Source of the DNA: Nageia nagi
Taxonomy: Eukaryota > Plantae > Pinophyta
DNA length: 64,000 nt
Reading direction: 5' to 3'
NCBI GenBank assembly: GCA_050084985.1
Contig: JBITNC010000001.1
Coordinates: 98,642,001-98,706,000 of the forward strand
This document shows positions 12,701-25,840 of the stretch, piece after piece; position 1 is the first letter of the stretch; every line of letters begins with the position of its first letter. The translations under genes were made by a program, and so were the position numbers. A model generated the notes under the pieces. The model was not told the origin of the DNA and searched no databases. It saw only the letters and a program-made list of their open reading frames with translations.

Positions 12701-14116
12701 GAGATGTTAACTGGGCTGGTCGCCACACATCACTGTGCACCAACTCCAACTTTTCCTTTTTGTTATCCTTTCCATTTAGCAAAAATCTCACCCTTTTTTG
12801 CTTATTGTAGACATAATTCTCATAAAATCCTCAATCAACCTCTTTAAGCTTTGGTAGCAACTTTCTTGAATGAAGAGCCTTCATTCCCTTTTCACTCATG
12901 TGTCCCAATCTATAATGACATAACTTAGCATTCTCTCCTATAGCCACTAAATTCATTATATAGGTAGAAGTATTGACAAGTATATATAAAGTACCAATTA
13001 GCTTACTCTTGGCTACCACCAATGATCCCTTGGTGATCTTCTAGGAATGGTCTCTAAATCTAGTGAAATATCCTTCTTTATCAAGTTTGCTAGTTGAAAC
13101 TAAATTTCTCTTGAGTTCAAGAATATGTTGGACCTCATTTAACATCAAGTAATTTCCACTTGATAGCTTCATTTTGATTTTGCCCATGCCAACAATCCTG
13201 CACGAATGGTCATCTCTCAATAGCACTTGTCCATAATCACCTTTGACATACTAAAAAAAATATTCACAATGAGATGTAGCATGATAAGAGGCTTCTAAGT
13301 CTATTATATAATAATTACTATTATTATCTAATGATAAAATTAAGGCATCCTCTAGAATTTCACTTGTAATATTTGCTTCATGATTAGTACCTTGACTCTC
13401 TTCATCCCTTTGTTCAACATTCTTCCTTTTCCAACACTCATTTTTTGTGTGCCCTTTCTTATTACAATACTAGCACTATATTGCTCTTTCCTTTTGATTT
13501 TGATCTTCCTCTTGATCTTACTCTGCTTGGACTTCTTCCCCTCTCGTTTTGTCTTCCTCTGTTCTCCACTATTAACATAGTTGATGAAATTGATTCACTT
13601 GAAGATTTTCTTTGCATATCCTTGCTTAGAATCACTCCAACAACATCATCAAGGTGCTTATCCTTGCTTAGAATTACTCCAACAACATCACTATTAATGA
13701 TTTGTAATTTTTGAGCAAAATTATGGAAAGAATTACAAAGCATTCAAGACAAAAACAACACACAAATAAGTAGACACAAGATATATCAAGGTTCACCTAG
13801 AGAGGGCTACATCCCCATAGAATTATCAAGTCCTCTTTGTATTATCCTCCAAAGGGATCCTTCTACAACAAAACAACTATAAAATTCCTCTATGGAATAT
13901 AATGGAACCTTACACACAAGTCTCTCATCAATTCTCACAACCCAAATTTTTTGCTAATCATAAAATGCTTGAGATAATCAATCCCAAATAATATCCACTA
14001 GTTGTGCCCCTATTTAGTTCTAATTGCAGTCTCTTGCAATGTAAAACACCTATCATCCATCTAATTTTAGTTCCCAAATTAGAATAAATAGTTAACTCAG
14101 GCTCCAAAACTTATCA
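9728..14116 (-). mobile_element. Ty1/copia retrotransposon (Tnt1/Tork-like), decayed, with deletion of PBS and N-terminal gag
   Basis: LTRs 9728-10138 and ~13700-14116 (latter truncated on its inner side); PPT 10139-10150; TSD GATGG/AATGG; minus-strand PR, GAG-pre-INT, INT (KVKCLKLDNSGEY), RT and RNaseH (KHIQLRYHFI) motifs. Confidence 0.92.
10210..13700 (-). pseudogene. Copia gag(C-term)-pol pseudogene
   Basis: ORF-track fragments 13462-13743, 13041-13226, 12831-13022, 12346-12597, 12042-12305 and 10448-10645 lie in copia domain order. Confidence 0.9.
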
Positions 14117-15289
14117 AATGGATAGCTCCAGGAAGGAACATGAACGATCAAGTAAATTAAAGACTTTAATTCCAAAATGAAATTTTGAAAAATCTATAGA
14201 AAGAATAGGCATTTTGAGGAATGGGGATGAATTGGGAGATGAGGTAAAGAATGCAGGAATGTCAGATTGATGACAAGGGCAATGAAGGCTATTCATTATC
14301 CATAGTACAATAAATAGATGCTTAGTGGAGATCATTTGAAGGTAACTTTGGCCTCTACATAGAAGGAAGTTCCTACAAAAATTGCAATTTAGAACATAGA
14401 TGGGTTGCCCAATATGGAATTTAAATTATTTTGGGAATTTTTCAATAAAAAATATTCTAATTTTATATTAGATTGGAGCTCTATGGTGCAACCAGTACGT
14501 GGATGGTGTGACCAATAAGCAGAAAAGAAGGATAGTTGGCCATAGTATTTTGTTGTAACAAAAATGACTATTAGATGATAGTTTTTTGAAACATATGTAA
14601 TATCATAGAATATATATAAATTTATATACATATAGGTTTTGGGGCCCTATCTTTTTGAAAACCCGCTGTAAATTTTTTACCCTTATCGAAAAAAGTTATG
14701 ACTTAAACATAAGGTCATGTTCATACTCAAATTAGACAACCATAACATAAATTTAATAAGAAATATCTTTAAGTAATTAAAGAGTAATGATAGGTAATAA
14801 ATATATTATAGATGAGATTCTAAGTCCAAGGAGCGACTTAAAATAAAACTATTAAGGTTTGTTAAAGATTTATATTTTCAATACTAGTTAGGTTGCTCAA
14901 AATATTTTAAGAATAAATTTAAGTCATGATTATGAATTTCATATCAAAGAAAGGTGTTAAAATTTAATACATGAATATGTTAAATCACAAATACATATTT
15001 CAAACTAGAAAGTATTTCAATTTGTAAATGTGGTATATCTAAAGTAAATGAATGGTGAATGCTCTCATTGTTGGGATTATGAACATGTTATGAATGTTTG
15101 TTGCACATTTTGAATGAATGAGTAATATTGCTACCTTAGTTTGCTTAAATTACTTGTATCATTTCATAAATCTTGTGTAGAGGTGGATGAAAGGGTATTT
15201 GAATACTTATATACCCTTCGAAGTGATTTTGAGTAAAACTTAACTTGCAATTGTTCATAATTTGCATGTTAGACTTGTGCAGTTTATGA

Positions 15290-17215
15290 TGGCTCTCTTA
15301 TGTCACTTGGCATAGGAACTTCACTTCATAGTTGAAGACCTACCCAGGACCTACCCTATTACCATCATTGCCTTCCATCATGATTTTTATCATATATTTT
15401 ACACATCCTATCTTCAAACACTAATTTGTAATTCTTCTATAGCATTTGGCCAATGTTCAACAAACTTTGTTTCAAATCTAGAGCATCATAGATACCTTTT
15501 ACCTTCATGGTTCCCTTCTTTATTGGTACTTGCATCTCTCCTTTTCCAACAATCTCTAAGCTATTCTCATCTCCTAATTTGATGACCTATAAAAATGATC
15601 AAGTGTAAAACATAGGTACTATTCAATGGTCATGCGATTTTAGCAACTAGTATCTAAGAGCTAAGTCTCATTTTAAAGATTTAGGGGACTTGTAATTGAA
15701 AGGAACAACTATTTGTCATCATATCCATATTTTTCTTCTCCATAGTGGGTAGATTTGGTTTCATTAGCTTGCTTCAATCTACACTCATGCTTAAAATGAT
15801 CAAATTTATTGCAATAATAACATTGTAAATATCTCGTATCTTTACCTCTTCCATATCTTTTGGAGTACATCCCTCTTCATGCATATATTGATTCATTTTC
15901 TAAACTATGTTCTCTTTCTCTACCTCTTCCAAAAGAGGCTCTTCTTCCCCCTCTTTTGGATCTGCCTCTTCCTCTTGAGCCTCTTCCTTTTCCTTCATTC
16001 TCTTTCACGGAGAATGCTTGCTCGTTACTATTTCTTACTAGTATCTTTTCTCTTTTCAAAACTCTATCTTCATCTAATGTAAGAGAGCTAATTGAATGAT
16101 TATTCTTCATGGTTAAGATATCCTTTGTCTCTTCAATAATCAATGCAAAAATATCATACTTTTATGTTAAGGTTATTAAAACCTTCTTGATGACAACCTC
16201 CTTCTCTATCTCTCCAAGAGTAGCTATTTTATTGACTATGGATTTCACTCATACTTAGTAATCTTCAACATTGTTCCTTCTCTTTAGTGATTCAAATTTT
16301 CAAACTCCCTTCTCAATGTTTGGAGCTTCACCTCTTTCACCTTGAAACTACCTTGGTAGCCTTCTCTCAATATTGCCCATGCTTCTTGGGTGAAGACACA
16401 TGTTGAGATTCTGGGAAAGATGCTCTTGTTTAGAGCTTCTTGGATGAAAGAGAGAGCCATGGAGTTTTGCTTCTCCTTCTTCTTTGCATCCTTTCTTACG
16501 CCTACACTCAAAGTATTTCAGTTTGTAGGATCATTGTATCCAACCTCAATATCTAATTAGCATCTTCCCTTTAGGAGAGTGTTCATCCAAATACTCCAAT
16601 ACTCATAGTCACTCCCATCAAACTCTGGAATTGGAATTACATTTGAGTTGCTTCTCATGTATTCTCTCCTCCCTATACAAACTTCTTGAACCAAACTAAT
16701 CCAATGAAGCTTTGATACCAAATGAAGTTAGTTAACACACATAAAAAGAATTACAATGTTCAAATTAATGGCAATATTATTCTGCAACTCAATGGGAAAG
16801 AAAGCATTCATAAATGGCAACTCATGCAAACTAATGGAACACTAATAAACTTATATTGAATATTGAGAACACATTCTAATAGTAATTACAACTTGGAATA
16901 AGAGATAAATATGTTCCACAACCCATATACAGCCTTAGCTCTTTAGTTTATATTCTATTACAAAGAAAAATGATGCAAAAAATGAAGAAATAATAACTTT
17001 TTAAAAAATATAATACTAAGTACTAGTTGGCAAGCTGATTATATTAAGGTCTAACTGAGTGGTCGATTTCACAGAATCCAATTCTCATTTTGGATGTGAA
17101 AGATGAAATAATGAGCACCAAAATTAGGAGTTTTGAATAAGTTTAAGTTATATTATGCCTTTGAAATCTTCATTACATTAAAATACCTTACAATAATACA
17201 TTATACATTCCAACA
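15290..17215 (-). mobile_element. Truncated Ty1/copia (5' LTR, PBS-Met, gag, protease)
   Basis: LTR 16723-17215 (TG..CA); PBS TGGTATCAAAGC at 16709-16720; gag FDGSDYEYWS, KVKEVKLQTLRREFENL, zinc knuckle; protease region ~15290-15670; inserted in a PPR remnant. Confidence 0.88.
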
Positions 17216-18371
17216 CTAGTGAAATAGTGCTATCAATGATTTAAAAACATGAATGATTATTATCATATTACACCCATAATGAAACATTATACATGTATGG
17301 TTGATCTTATTAGTTGTGTTGGGCATGTAGATGAAGCAAAAAGACTTAAGAAATATCATGCTAGTAAAACCTTATTTAATTATGATAATAATCAAGAATC
17401 AAATTTATTCTTTGAAGCTTGCAACTCAACTCCTTCTCTTTCATTGTCATCTTTCTAATTTCTATCCTATTGCTGACAAGATTCTATATAAACCAAGTGC
17501 TTAAAAATTATGACTCACAATAAATAAAAAACTACTAAGTTAAGTAACAATAACAAATAAATGATTATAGGGAAGAGATTTCTTATTTTTCTTATTATCA
17601 ACATCTAGAGCCATGTGGTATACTATCTCACTTTGTCCAAAAATACTTCCATGAATTTTTTGTATAATATCAACCATGAACATTTGAAGCATGGGATGCA
17701 ATGCTTACAAAACATTTACAGCTTGCTTAACTACATACCAAATTTATTCTAGAATCCCTCAATTAGTAATTAAATAATGTAAAATCCAAAAGAATTATGC
17801 TTTTTTCTCCATGTAAGCTAAAAGTTGAAGTGAAAGTGAATAATTTTATGGACTGCAATGATTCAAGGGTATGTAAGGAATGATTGTAGAAGAAATTATT
17901 ATAAGGGATGCCAACCATTTTCACCACTTCAAGGATGGATGATGTTCATGTGGTGACTATTAGTGATTAACTAAAGGATGTTTTCTATAGAAATGCAATA
18001 AATCTTTTTCTAGGAAATGATTTATTTTAGAAATTACGTAATTAAAAAGTGCAAAATCCAAAAACCCTATGTTTTTTCCCCATGTAAGCTAAAAGTTAAA
18101 GTGAACAATATGACATGTAATATAGTATTGGAAGATCTCCAATTGATAGCATTTATTATGAGATTTATTAAATTTAATGTAGTCTCTTCTTTATGTAAAT
18201 TTTGATGAAGGCACCTTCAACTACTTCATAAATATATTTTCGAGCCACAAATTTTGTACTATACATATGTTACCTCAAAAGTACACTTGCAAGTATTCTT
18301 CCTATATATCTAACTTTTGCAAATTTAAATGGGGCATGGACACTCATAGAAAAATAACTATATGTGGGTTT

Positions 18372-18872
18372 TGTTGGAATATATAATGCATTATTGTAAG
18401 GTTTAGTAATTATCCTCTTTGTAAATTCACTAATAGTTACTGGTATCACTAGACACCTTAAGTATTTAAGTGAATATGATAAATTAACTTATCCTACACT
18501 CCATCTCATGAACATGCCCCTTAGGTAAAAGAGAGTAACATGTCATGCCTTTTTACAATGGTTAAAAGGGTGATCTAAAGGAGGATTTTGGCCTATAAAT
18601 AGAAGGCCCGCTCTTTGTGATCACTCACCAATTTGTGAAGCAAAGTTATGCTATAAGATAGTGTTTAAGATATGATGTTAGGAGGATTGTAAGAGAGTTG
18701 TCATTGTGAATGCAGTAAGATCTAGTTAGTGGATGTACTCCTAGTTGGAGGAACCACTTTATATCTTTAGTCACTCTGTGAGATTGCTTATGCTTGAATT
18801 TTTTATGTTAGAGTGAGCTTCCATGTGATCTTAGTAGTTTATGATTGTTTTAGTTATATTTCAATCCCTTCA
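18372..18872 (+). mobile_element. Solo LTR (501 bp) inserted in PPR remnant
   Basis: TG...CA termini, perfect TSD GGTTT, TATA CCTATAAATAG at ~18591; related to solo LTR 44848-45372. Confidence 0.9.
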
Positions 18873-20349
18873 GGTTTCTTATACATGCAATTGTGATGAT
18901 AGTCATGATAGACATGTATTCAAAATATGGGAGCATTAAGAAACAAGTGTTTTGTTTGATAATATGCATAATAAATAAACAAACACTTTAATTTAAATGC
19001 AATTATTTCAGGATATCCAAGGAATGATTTTTTTATGTTTTAGAACTAAAGTTCATATATTAATTGAATTTTATGTTCATTCAAATCTTATGGAGTATTT
19101 GCAACTTCAATTTTTTTAATTTACATAATACTACATAAATAAATACGAAAGTTACTTATCTTATTGTTGTGTTCTTCATCACATTCTTGTGGATTACAAT
19201 TTGGGTTTCTTTTGCATGCAATTGTGATAAAACATGTATTTAAAATTCTCTACTGTATACATGTTAGCTCAATTGTTAATAATAATCAAACTTAAAAAAC
19301 CTCTACATGTTACCTCAAACTATTGGTTGATATGATGATGATTGGAATGGATCTTGCTTATGTGTTGCCTTAAGTGAATTTATCCTCTTATTATTGCTTG
19401 AAATTTATCAAAAGAAACATGGAAGACTTTCAAATTATAAAGTATTACTTAGGAGCTTTCCTTGGGTTTATGCCCAAAGATATTTTCAAAAAATAAACTT
19501 CATTTCAAAGGTGTCAAGCTCTTAAGTACACATTCAAGAGTTTTTAATAAAATCTATATGTCTTGGAGGAAATTACATCCACAATGAAACACTATATGTG
19601 TATAGTTGATTTTATTTTCCATGTTGGGCATCTAAATTGAAGCAAAAGACTTTATACATAACATGATAAATAGAACCAATAATTAAACAATGTAGAATAC
19701 AAAAAACTTTTGCTTTTTTCCCCATGTAAGTTAAAATTTAAAGTAAATAATATGACATGTAATCTAATGCTACAAGATTTCCAATGCTAGTGTCTATTGT
19801 AAGATTTATTATATATAATGTACGAATGATATGAGTATGGAAATGATGATATACTATCAAATTTTGTTTAAATATGCTTGCATGAATTTTTTGTATAATA
19901 TAAGCCATGAATACTTTAGACATGGGATGAAAATTCATAGATGACATTTACAACTTTCTCAACTATAACATACTAACTTTGTGTTTTGGAAGCCATTAAC
20001 TAGTAATTAAACAATGTATAATAAAAAAAAAAATATGCCTTTTTTCCCATGTAAGCTATAACTTAAAGTGAATAATATGATATGTAATCTAGTGCTAGAT
20101 TTAATGCAAGAATGACACAAATATTGCATTTATGATTACAAGACATTTAAATAAATAAGTAATAAAATATTTGTAGTTTGAGAGTAAGTAATATGATTGT
20201 TTGCACTAATTTAATTCACTACCATGTAGAATTCAACATAAATCTTGTAATGAATAATCATTCATTTGAATAAAAGTCTATCATAATTTGTAACATAATT
20301 ATGAAAATGAAGGAGTCTATATCATTATTTGAAAATAACTTCTAACATA

Positions 20350-22500
20350 TGCCAAGTAACGAAGGAGCTCACAACATTACGATCATCTCATCAATCCCTC
20401 TAGACAACAGTATTTTATCTTTAATGGCAACCATCACATTTATTTTCCACCAATTCTCACCCTAATGTTCACCATATACAACATCATGAGGGTTAGTACT
20501 AATCACATAACCATCAACCATAATGCTATGGTCCTTTTTCAAGATGCATGCCTTTATATCACTTTAGATGTTTCCCTGTATGTAACATTAAAATCCTAAA
20601 TAAATTCACTCCATAGCATACAATAAATAAATTCATTGCATAACATATAATAAACTAATTCAACCATTTAAAATATGAAATAATAGTCATACCATTAATG
20701 ATGTTAGCCTATAACCTCTTGAGTTGTTGCGTGTAGGTGGCATTGTAGATGGAACACAACCATCTATGTGTGGAACTGTAGGGGTACCATGTAGTATTGC
20801 TACCTATGAAATTATATGCAAAGTATCATTATAATTTTGGGGTTACAACATGTAAGCATTTCAAATATGAAACTATGAAAAAACTAACACACTTATAACT
20901 GTTTAACCTGTTTCATAAGCTCTTCCACCTTTTTATCATTCTCTTTCATATTTTTTTTATTCTCTTCCATTCTCTCTTCCATTAATTTATATTTTGATCT
21001 ATATTATTCTATTAAATCTTATGAATCTTTTGTATATAAACCTGACCAACAAATATAATAATCGACATTACTCCTTTGTTGACACCCCAAACTTAAGCTG
21101 ATCTTTTTGGTCATAAAATCGTGGTGAGGGAATTATTTGTAGTATATTGATTTACGAAGGATCACATAGATGATATTTATTCATCCTTTTTTCTAATAAC
21201 ATCACATGCATAAACTATTTGGGAATATGTTAAAAAAATAATCAATATAACAATGGTTTGAATTCAATGCATTGTTATTTCCAAGAAAATGTCACTTACA
21301 ATTGTCTTCACAACTTTTGTTGAAATAAATATACCATCCTTCATTATATGATATTCCTTCCATATATGATTACCCTTGGTAGTGGAGGTTTTGCATTTGA
21401 TTGCTTCTTTTGCAAGATATATAGTTGGAGAAACATGTGGATAAGTCCTACAATAGCACAATATAATAGTAGTTGTTATATAATGAATGATCATGATATA
21501 ATAACATGTCATAATTTAGCCATATATATCCAATTTGACTCCAAGTATTGAAGAGGGATTGGTGAGATCTATTTTTTTGTTTCTTTGCCTTACATTCTCA
21601 AATTCAATGTTGCTCCTATCATTCACAAAGTCTTCCAAAACTTTATTTAATACATTAGGTGGGCAATTAGCAATTCTATCTATATCATTATCATGCATAT
21701 CATAGTGGTGTTTCGCAAGTTGATTCTTGTAATTATTTCATGGATTGACCATGGTCATCAAGATCCATTTTCTTATTCCATTTGGGATGACATATTTTTG
21801 CTTCATGAAACCAATATCTTATTAGATGTAACAATGTACAAGTATTAAAAAATGGACACTATGAAATCCATTGGCTAGAAAATTATTGTAATTAATGTTC
21901 ATAAATACCTTACATTTCGTTGGGACTACTTTATGATTCTTATAAGTGATAGGGATAAATTCCCTTGTAATTACCCACAAATAAGATACAAACATTGTCA
22001 AATTTTCACTTATGGGATGTCCATTTAGATTGCAATTAATCACCACTTTATACGTGGTGGCTAACTCTACTTTGCATCTTATTGGAGCTCTCTTTATATT
22101 ATGTTTAGTGATATTCAAAGTGTCTTGTGGAGGTAAACTAACATAATCACCAATACATTTGGTCACCATATAAACATGATTATGCCATATAGTATGATAA
22201 CAACAAATAACCAACATCATAAGAAATATTTTATATAGTTTGCATACCTTATTCATTAGCCAAATCATAGTCAACATCAACTCCAACCCTAGTTTAAGTA
22301 TTCACACCAACTAATACATCCATCCCATTATTTATCAAACAAACTAAGTTATCTATGTTAGGGGTCAGCTCCTCAATCATAATACTTAAGAGCTTGTATC
22401 TTCTACTTGGCTCCTCATTTAGTATGACAACTCCAACTACATATTTTCTTAATCTTATTTTTTTGGGACCTCTACCATTAAAACAAAAATACTCTTTTGT
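20350..22500 (-). pseudogene. CACTA (En/Spm) TnpA / Transposase_24-like remnant
   Basis: LNGHPISENLTMFVSYLWVITREFIPITYKNHKVVP, EFENVRQRNKK..ILGVK and KDGIFISTKV motifs in intron-split arrangement. Confidence 0.7.
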
Positions 22501-22949
22501 TGTTAATTAGCACTCATATGGATTGCATAACCTAAAATCAAGTAATACAATATCATGAGATTTGTTAGATTTAATGCAATCTCCATGGAGATCTTCTTTA
22601 CGTAAATTGTGATGAAGGCACCTTCAACTACTTCATAAATAGATTTTTCCATAATTTTTTTACTATGCATATGTTACATCAAAAGTACACACAATACAAA
22701 AAATGCAAAAGTACCTAATACTTAGAAAATGCAATTAACTAGTTTCATATAGGATTTAATAACCTTTGTAAGTGTTCTTCATGTATTTACAACTCTTGTA
22801 GCTTTATAATGGAGCATGTATATTCATGGATGAATAACTATATGTCATAACATCCCTAATAGACATGTATGCAAAATATTGGAGCATTAAAATTGTAAGG
22901 GTTTTGTTTGATAAGATGTGTTATGAACAAATAATTTCATGGATTATTC

Positions 22950-23410
22950 TGATTGTAAGGTATGCAAGAAATGGTTGTAGCAAAAGGAAGCCATTAAACT
23001 ATTTGAACAAATGGAATATGTGGGCATCAATCTAGATGACTTAAATGACTATAGGGTATGCAAGGAAACCATCAAAATTTTTGAACAAATAGAAGATGTA
23101 AGTATTAATCTAGAATACTGCAATGACTGCAAGGTATGCAATGAAACCATCAAACTATTTGAACAAATGAATATGTGATAATTAATCCAACTGCATGGTA
23201 TAAAAGTAAGCTATTAAACTATTTAAACAAATGGAATAGGTGAGAATTAATCTAGATGTAGGATATGCAAGGAATGGTTGTAGCAAAGGAAGTCATCAAA
23301 CTATTTGAATAAATGGAATATGTGATCCATATGCAAGGTATGCAAGGAATGGTTGTAGCGAGGAAGCCATCAAACTATTATAATAAATATAATATGTAGG
23401 TATCCATATG
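22950..23410 (+). repeat. Tandem amplification of one PPR motif fragment (~65-100-bp units, ~6 copies)
   Basis: GGTATGCAAGGAA...CCATCAAACTATTTGAACAAATGGAATATGTG repeated; translates GYARNGCSKEAIKLFEQMEYVGINLD. Confidence 0.85.
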
Positions 23411-25840
23411 AAACAAAAGATAAATAACATACCAATAACACCAAAATATTATAATGTAGCCAATTTGCAGGTAATGGTGATGGTATCCTTTACCTTGTGC
23501 TTCTTACCTTCCTTAGTTCATTTTATCATATTTGTTGGGTTTTCTTCCAATTCATAAATGATTATTATACCCACAATGAATGAAATTATACAATAGATGC
23601 ATGGATGACCTTCTTAACAAAAAAAGATAAATAATATGCCAATAAACCCTGATTGTTGCACTATGGAGTGATTTTTTTTGTATATTAACTAGTTTATAAG
23701 TAATGGTGATGGATCCATTCTAGTAATTCTAGATGAAGCCCTAACATTTTATCACATATCGCCTCTCTTACCTTCCCTCCATATTGTATAATGAAATAAA
23801 ATACAAATGATGTATGGGTGTACAGATGAAATAAAAGATAAATATTATTATATGGAGTGGTTTGTTGAGTACCTTGACCAATTACAAGTAATGGTGATGG
23901 AGTCGTTCTAGATGAAACCTCAGCTCACCTCTAGTATCTATCTTGAGATAACTTTGGTAATGCATTAATTCAATTTATTTCTCTCCCTCCTTACCTTATT
24001 TTCTCAATATCTTGCTCCTCTTGCGCCATATGGTTGTAATGTGATTTTGAGGTAGATCCCAAAATGTTGGGGTGACGCATGTATGTATTAAACTTTTTTT
24101 ATTTTGAAGTGTAAACTTTGTACATCATTTTTTATATTCATTAGTATTTTATATGATGGTGGTTTTAATATTTTCATTAAAATCTATCGTCTAATATATT
24201 TTAGGATGGTATTTTAAAGAGCCCATTAAAAATTGTTGTTTAATATCTATGTAATGACAATTATAAACCACTATTAGAGAGCTGCCATAAAATAGTTAAT
24301 GTCAATGATCAATTTTCTTACAATAAGTTAAACATAGTACATAAAATATTATCACAAAATAAATATAATTTGAATGATTAGTAGAAAATAGAAGTCAATA
24401 TGAAATAAAATAAGTTTGATCCCACAGTGGCACGTGTTGGAAGAATATCGATAAAGATTGCAAAGTTTGGCTTTACACTTGATAATTGCATATGCTTAAA
24501 AGTATCTAGAGCCTTTAAAAAAAAATCAATTTTTCTACATATCATATGATAAAATAGCCTATATTTATAGATTTAAATAAAAATTGAAACTACAATTAGG
24601 GGGTGGTACAAATATTTTTACCAAAAACACAAACATAAGATAATTCAGATTTTATGGTTTGAAGGAAGCTCTGAACTTTATTACCAAGATACCTCCAAAA
24701 CCTAAATTGGATGTGTGGATATGATTTTCTTGATGCTTGTAAATCATATAAGAATGTATGAATAATATTTTTTTATAAAAAAATCCTTTTATTGGGATAT
24801 TAATGAAAATAGAGAAATTAAAAATACACATGGATGTTTCTCGAGCCACTGCCTTACAATATGTTGGTATATATATTTAGATACACCAAAAATCATGTTA
24901 TGTAATTATGCTATGGATTGTTGCAACTATTTATATTTATAACCTTCTTATGCAAGAATATTATATACTAATGTGGCCAATACATAGGAGAAAATTATAG
25001 TAGCTTTCCATCACAAAAACATGGTAGAATTTAATCCTATAGGTTGGATGTTTACATTGCAAATAATCTCCACCTTTGTTGCTTAACTTTATTAAACATC
25101 TTGTTGGATCTCTCGTGATGAATTGACATCAACACCTATACATTGGAAATCATTAGTCTCATTTTCAGAATTCTAAAAACTTATATTTTTTTTCTTAAGA
25201 TACCATAAGCATTATATATATTCCAATGAAGAATGATTAGCCCTAAAGTGTTAAAAAATAGAGGAAAAATTATTTTCAAAGAAATATAAAGAATAAGTTT
25301 AAGAGCATAAACTTATCTAGAAGAATATATAAGGCATGATGATTATTTTGCAATATGCGTGATGAAGACATGATTTCATGGATCATAATGTTCTTAGGAC
25401 ATACATGAAATGAACATGTCAAAAGCACCGTTTAATTATTTAATAAAATATCTCATAAAAATGTAGTATCATGGAATACAATGATCACAAGATATGTAGA
25501 AAATGAATTTCCTAAAAATCATATGCAATTGTTAGATGTAAAGTTAAACTCTATGACCTTTGCAAGTATTCTTCCAACATGTGCCATAATGGAACCTCTA
25601 AAAGAGGGTATAGACATCCATCATTTAGAGTTTTTGAAAAATGGTTTTTCATAAAGCATTGTTGTTGCGAATTCCTTGATAAACATGTATGCAAAACGTG
25701 GAATAACATATAAGGCTTGATAATTATTAGACAAGATGCATGAAATATACATAATTTCATTAAATGCATTTATTAGAGGATATGCATGATGCAAATCTAG
25801 TTCATGAATTGTGATGATCGGAGGATACATAATTCATGGC

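Larger units (their letters stand above)
17216..25840 (+). pseudogene. Scattered PLS-class PPR gene fragments
   Basis: FKNMNDYYHITPIMKHYTCMVDLISCVGHVDEAK (17249); MIDMYSKYGSI (~18905); HYMCIVDF..VGHL (~19590); LIDMYAKYWSI (~22855); TFASILPTCAIMEPLKEGIDIHH..NSLINMYAKRG (~25555-25700). Confidence 0.85.
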
